This document shows, in pieces, positions 61,201-64,000 of a stretch of 64,000 nt of DNA. The stretch spans positions 124,001-188,000 of the forward strand of contig JAVECO010000016.1 of the NCBI GenBank assembly GCA_051942205.1, read 5' to 3'. The notes under the pieces are model-generated. The model did not search any database, had not been told where the DNA came from, and worked only from the letters and a program-made list of their open reading frames with translations. Position 1 is the first letter of the stretch; each line of letters starts with the position of its first letter. Made by a program: the position numbers and the translations under genes. This DNA comes from Coniocarpon cinnabarinum. Taxonomy: Eukaryota.

Positions 61201-62040
61201 TCAGAACTCATAATCAGCATGGTCCTTAGTGCGCAATATGCGAGACTCGACCCCCAGCTGTGCTAGCACTGACGTGATCCCCAGCCGAGCTACGGGATTC
61301 ACGGAAGTCCGCACAATTGTAGAGGATGGGGCCATATCCGACAGTTCATTCCAATTGTCAACCGATGCAAGTTGACGTGGTAGGGACGCTACCTTGTCGT
61401 GGACATAGCATTGAGGACATAGCATTGAGGACATAGCATTGAGGACATAGCATTAAGGACATAGCATTGAGGACATAGCATTGAGGACATAGCATTGAGG
61501 ACATAGCATTGAGGACATAGCATTGAGTTTCCCAGCCGTATTGAAATTTATGTGCACTTCTCAGCACATCAATATCAGCCACCCATACACCTCGATCATA
61601 GACTTCCACAACAGTCTCATACAACATTGCTTTGTGATGAATTTCTCCAATCTGTGCCCGCGATGTGACGGCATCAAGCGGAAATTCTGTAAAACGAAGA
61701 TGCAGTGATGTCGCCGCGAAATTCTCTTCATACACGCCATCAAAAGGAAAATAATTGACTGCTATGAACGATTTGTGTTCGAGTTTCTTCATCTCAGGGG
61801 TTTTGGCGGTGCCACGCAGACAAGCCTAGTATGAGCGAGCCGTCCTGTATATGCGAAGGTATCACCACTAACAGACTTTCCACTGCGGTCATCGCTGTTG
61901 TCCAAGTACTCATCACGGAGGCGTAAAGGTCCTCCGTTTCTGTCGCGACTGGTAGCGACAGGTTTTTTAAGAGCAGGTCAACGTTGTGTTGTTGAACTAT
62001 CTTCGCTCAATCAGCCGCTTGTATCCAGGCTCTATGATTT
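61201..62040 (-). pseudogene. Decayed remnant of a large fungal hypothetical-protein family gene (in-frame stop, apparent internal deletion, minisatellite frameshift)
   Basis: RAWIQAAD*AKIVQQ..LLKNLSLPV..YASVMSTWTTAM..DGSLILGLSAWH abuts, out of frame, FDG...TSLHLRFTE...ETVVEVYDRGVWVADID...VDNWNEL...VARLG. Confidence 0.7.
61401..61526. repeat. Minisatellite, 9 x 14 bp (GGACATAGCATTGA)
   Basis: Nine head-to-tail copies; only copy 4 varies (..ATTAA). Confidence 0.97.
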
Positions 62041-62783
62041 CAGGTTAGACAGAGGCGTCCGGAGTCAATGAACATTTAAGACGGCGTACCTAACACTCGT
62101 ATCCCATCTTGTCACCTGCTCTCTGGATATATCGTGTTCGCAAGCAATAGATTAAGTTCCATGACTTTTTGAACGCGTCTGAGGCGGGAAAATGAGGTTT
62201 TGTTAACGGATCAATTACACAAAGTGAGCGGGGTCAGGCTGCTGTGCCGCGTTGCACCATCCAAATGTCTGCGTACGTGAGAACATGTGTCGCATCAGGA
62301 CTTGTACCCCAAGCACGCGCACCGCCCCGTCGTGTGGCTTGAAATTGGACATTCGCGGCTCTGGGCTTGATGCTCAGCGCCAATTAATCGCTCTTCTCAT
62401 GCAAGCGCTGTGCTTCAAGACCAATCCTGAGTTTTTCATATTTCATTTGAGGATCGCAAACGTACTGCGCGCGATCGGTATAGAAGAAATCGAAGCCTAC
62501 TTAATTGCCTTCTACTTCATTCACAAGACCAGAGCAGCCATTCAATGATGAAAAAGAGGCAAAAGGAAAGGGGGTAAGAACGACCTAGGGGGCTGGAAGC
62601 GTGGCCTGCCGCTTCCTTCTATCTATGCGAGCGTCCTTATTGGATGGGGCATGCGCTGGGCTCCGGATCTCTAAGGCTCACCGAAGTTCAATTGACTCAT
62701 GTACTTCCTTGCATAGTCAAGCGTTGACACCATCACACCAGCCTAGAAAACACGTCAGTCAGACTTAAATTCCGCCCACACGT

Positions 62784-63691
62784 CTAGGCGACGCCGCAAC
62801 TGGAGCAACTTACACAACCCATGCCATCCTCCTTCGCATGGAAAGCACCCTCGTAGGTCCGCGTGTCCGAAGTCATTGGCTTCGAAGGAGTGGCTTCGAA
62901 GAGCAGGCGCTTCTGGTCGTCCTCCATACGAATAGTGCGGCTCTTGTTACGAGATATCTGGATGCGAGCGACGGTCTTGCCTGCAGTTAGCCCTTTCTCG
63001 TAATAATCGACGCGAAACTTGATATCGTTCGGCCCTCTTTCGTAGAAGAACTTGAGACGGCCACGAAGTTTGCCTTCCTCGTAAGCGCCGACTTCCGTGA
63101 CGAGGGGATCCTTTGCATTTTTGTCGGCCTTTTCGGTGAAAAAATGTAGGATGCAGGCCCATTTGGGTGGATTGCCTTGACCGGGCCATTGGCTCCCGCT
63201 GCCAAGGTCCTCATAGAACACTATTATGCAAATTAGCGGCCTGGAACTCTATACATTACTTGCATGACAAGAGCATGTCCCGGTCGGACGACAGCTACTC
63301 GATCCTGGACGTGTTCGTCAGACTTACTGAAAGACCTATATCCAGTCTTCTGGTCTTTGGCAGGGATTGATGACAGGATGGACTTTTCAGCTCCCGCTTT
63401 GAAGACCGAGTAGCGACGGAAGTTATGTATATTGAGGATACCAGGTCTGGTACTGGTGACCTTCAGCTGGCCGCTTGAAGTTTGCTGGTGTTCGGGGTTG
63501 GTAAGACGGTACTCGGTGACTTCCGACTCCTCGCTGGTTCGAGGGGAGGCTTCTTGGGCTTCTTGGGCTTCTGGTGAAGGTTCCTTTGGACCGCCTGATG
63601 TAGAAGGCTGGCCTTCGGGCGAATCAGTTTTCCGTTGCTTCCCGCGAGCTTTTTCGCTCATGCCTTGTTGTGGGGCATTTCTAGACGACAT
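62784..63691 (-). CDS. Orphan hypothetical protein, 2 exons (intron 63327-63221)
   Basis: Phase-1 intron gtaagt..gctaat..tag joins MSSRNAPQQG...GYRSF to MFYEDLGSG...CVSCSSCGVA in frame. Confidence 0.6.
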
Positions 63692-64000
63692 GTTCGAAGT
63701 AGTAACGACTAAGCCGACGGATGAATGGGGAAGTCAGTGGGAGTGTCGGCGCGACCTTGATTCTGATGTTTGGATTTTGGGGGTATGGAGTGACTCGGTG
63801 TAGAGATAGCATTGCGTACGTTTCGTGAAAGCTTTTTATATGAGCCATGGCTGCCATCTGCTGATGCGCTTAGCACTCTTCACAGGGTGTTCAGTTATTG
63901 TTCTGGAACACCAAGTCGACAAGGGGGTTTAGGGGAGTAAGGACAGATTGTTTGAACAGAATCGAAACATGTCAACTTGCAAAGGACAGCAGCCCTGCAA

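Noticed and set aside
61401..61526. CRISPR-like or telomeric array
   Set aside because: The units are head-to-tail with no spacers, the context is eukaryotic, and the unit is not TTAGGG-like; it is a minisatellite.

Overview
Eukaryotic window from a filamentous ascomycete (short GT..AG introns with CTRAY branch points; the taxon is inferred). Conserved housekeeping blocks are 0-7.3 kb (DHA1 MFS transporter, PPPDE/DeSI peptidase, head-to-head mitochondrial uS11m and TIM44) and 42-52.4 kb (GH3 beta-xylosidase, OSCA/TMEM63 channel, tRNA ligase TRL1). Between them lies a ~34-kb accessory-looking tract: an ABCB/MDR transporter, a Q-rich GGCT-like protein, an FMN reductase, a HET-domain gene, an FMO + SDR + SAM-methyltransferase trio with no backbone enzyme, a GNAT-like orphan, and gene-poor DNA with a degenerate ~375-bp tandem array. 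A second accessory tract starts at 52.8 kb. It holds an NLR-like gene with an unusual order (N-terminal helical region-NACHT-ankyrin, then a C-terminal degenerate PNP_UDP domain), a 238-bp hAT-type MITE with an 8-bp TSD, a pseudogene carrying a 9 x 14-bp minisatellite, and orphan genes. Exon structures were derived by eye and family calls come from motif recognition, not from searches.
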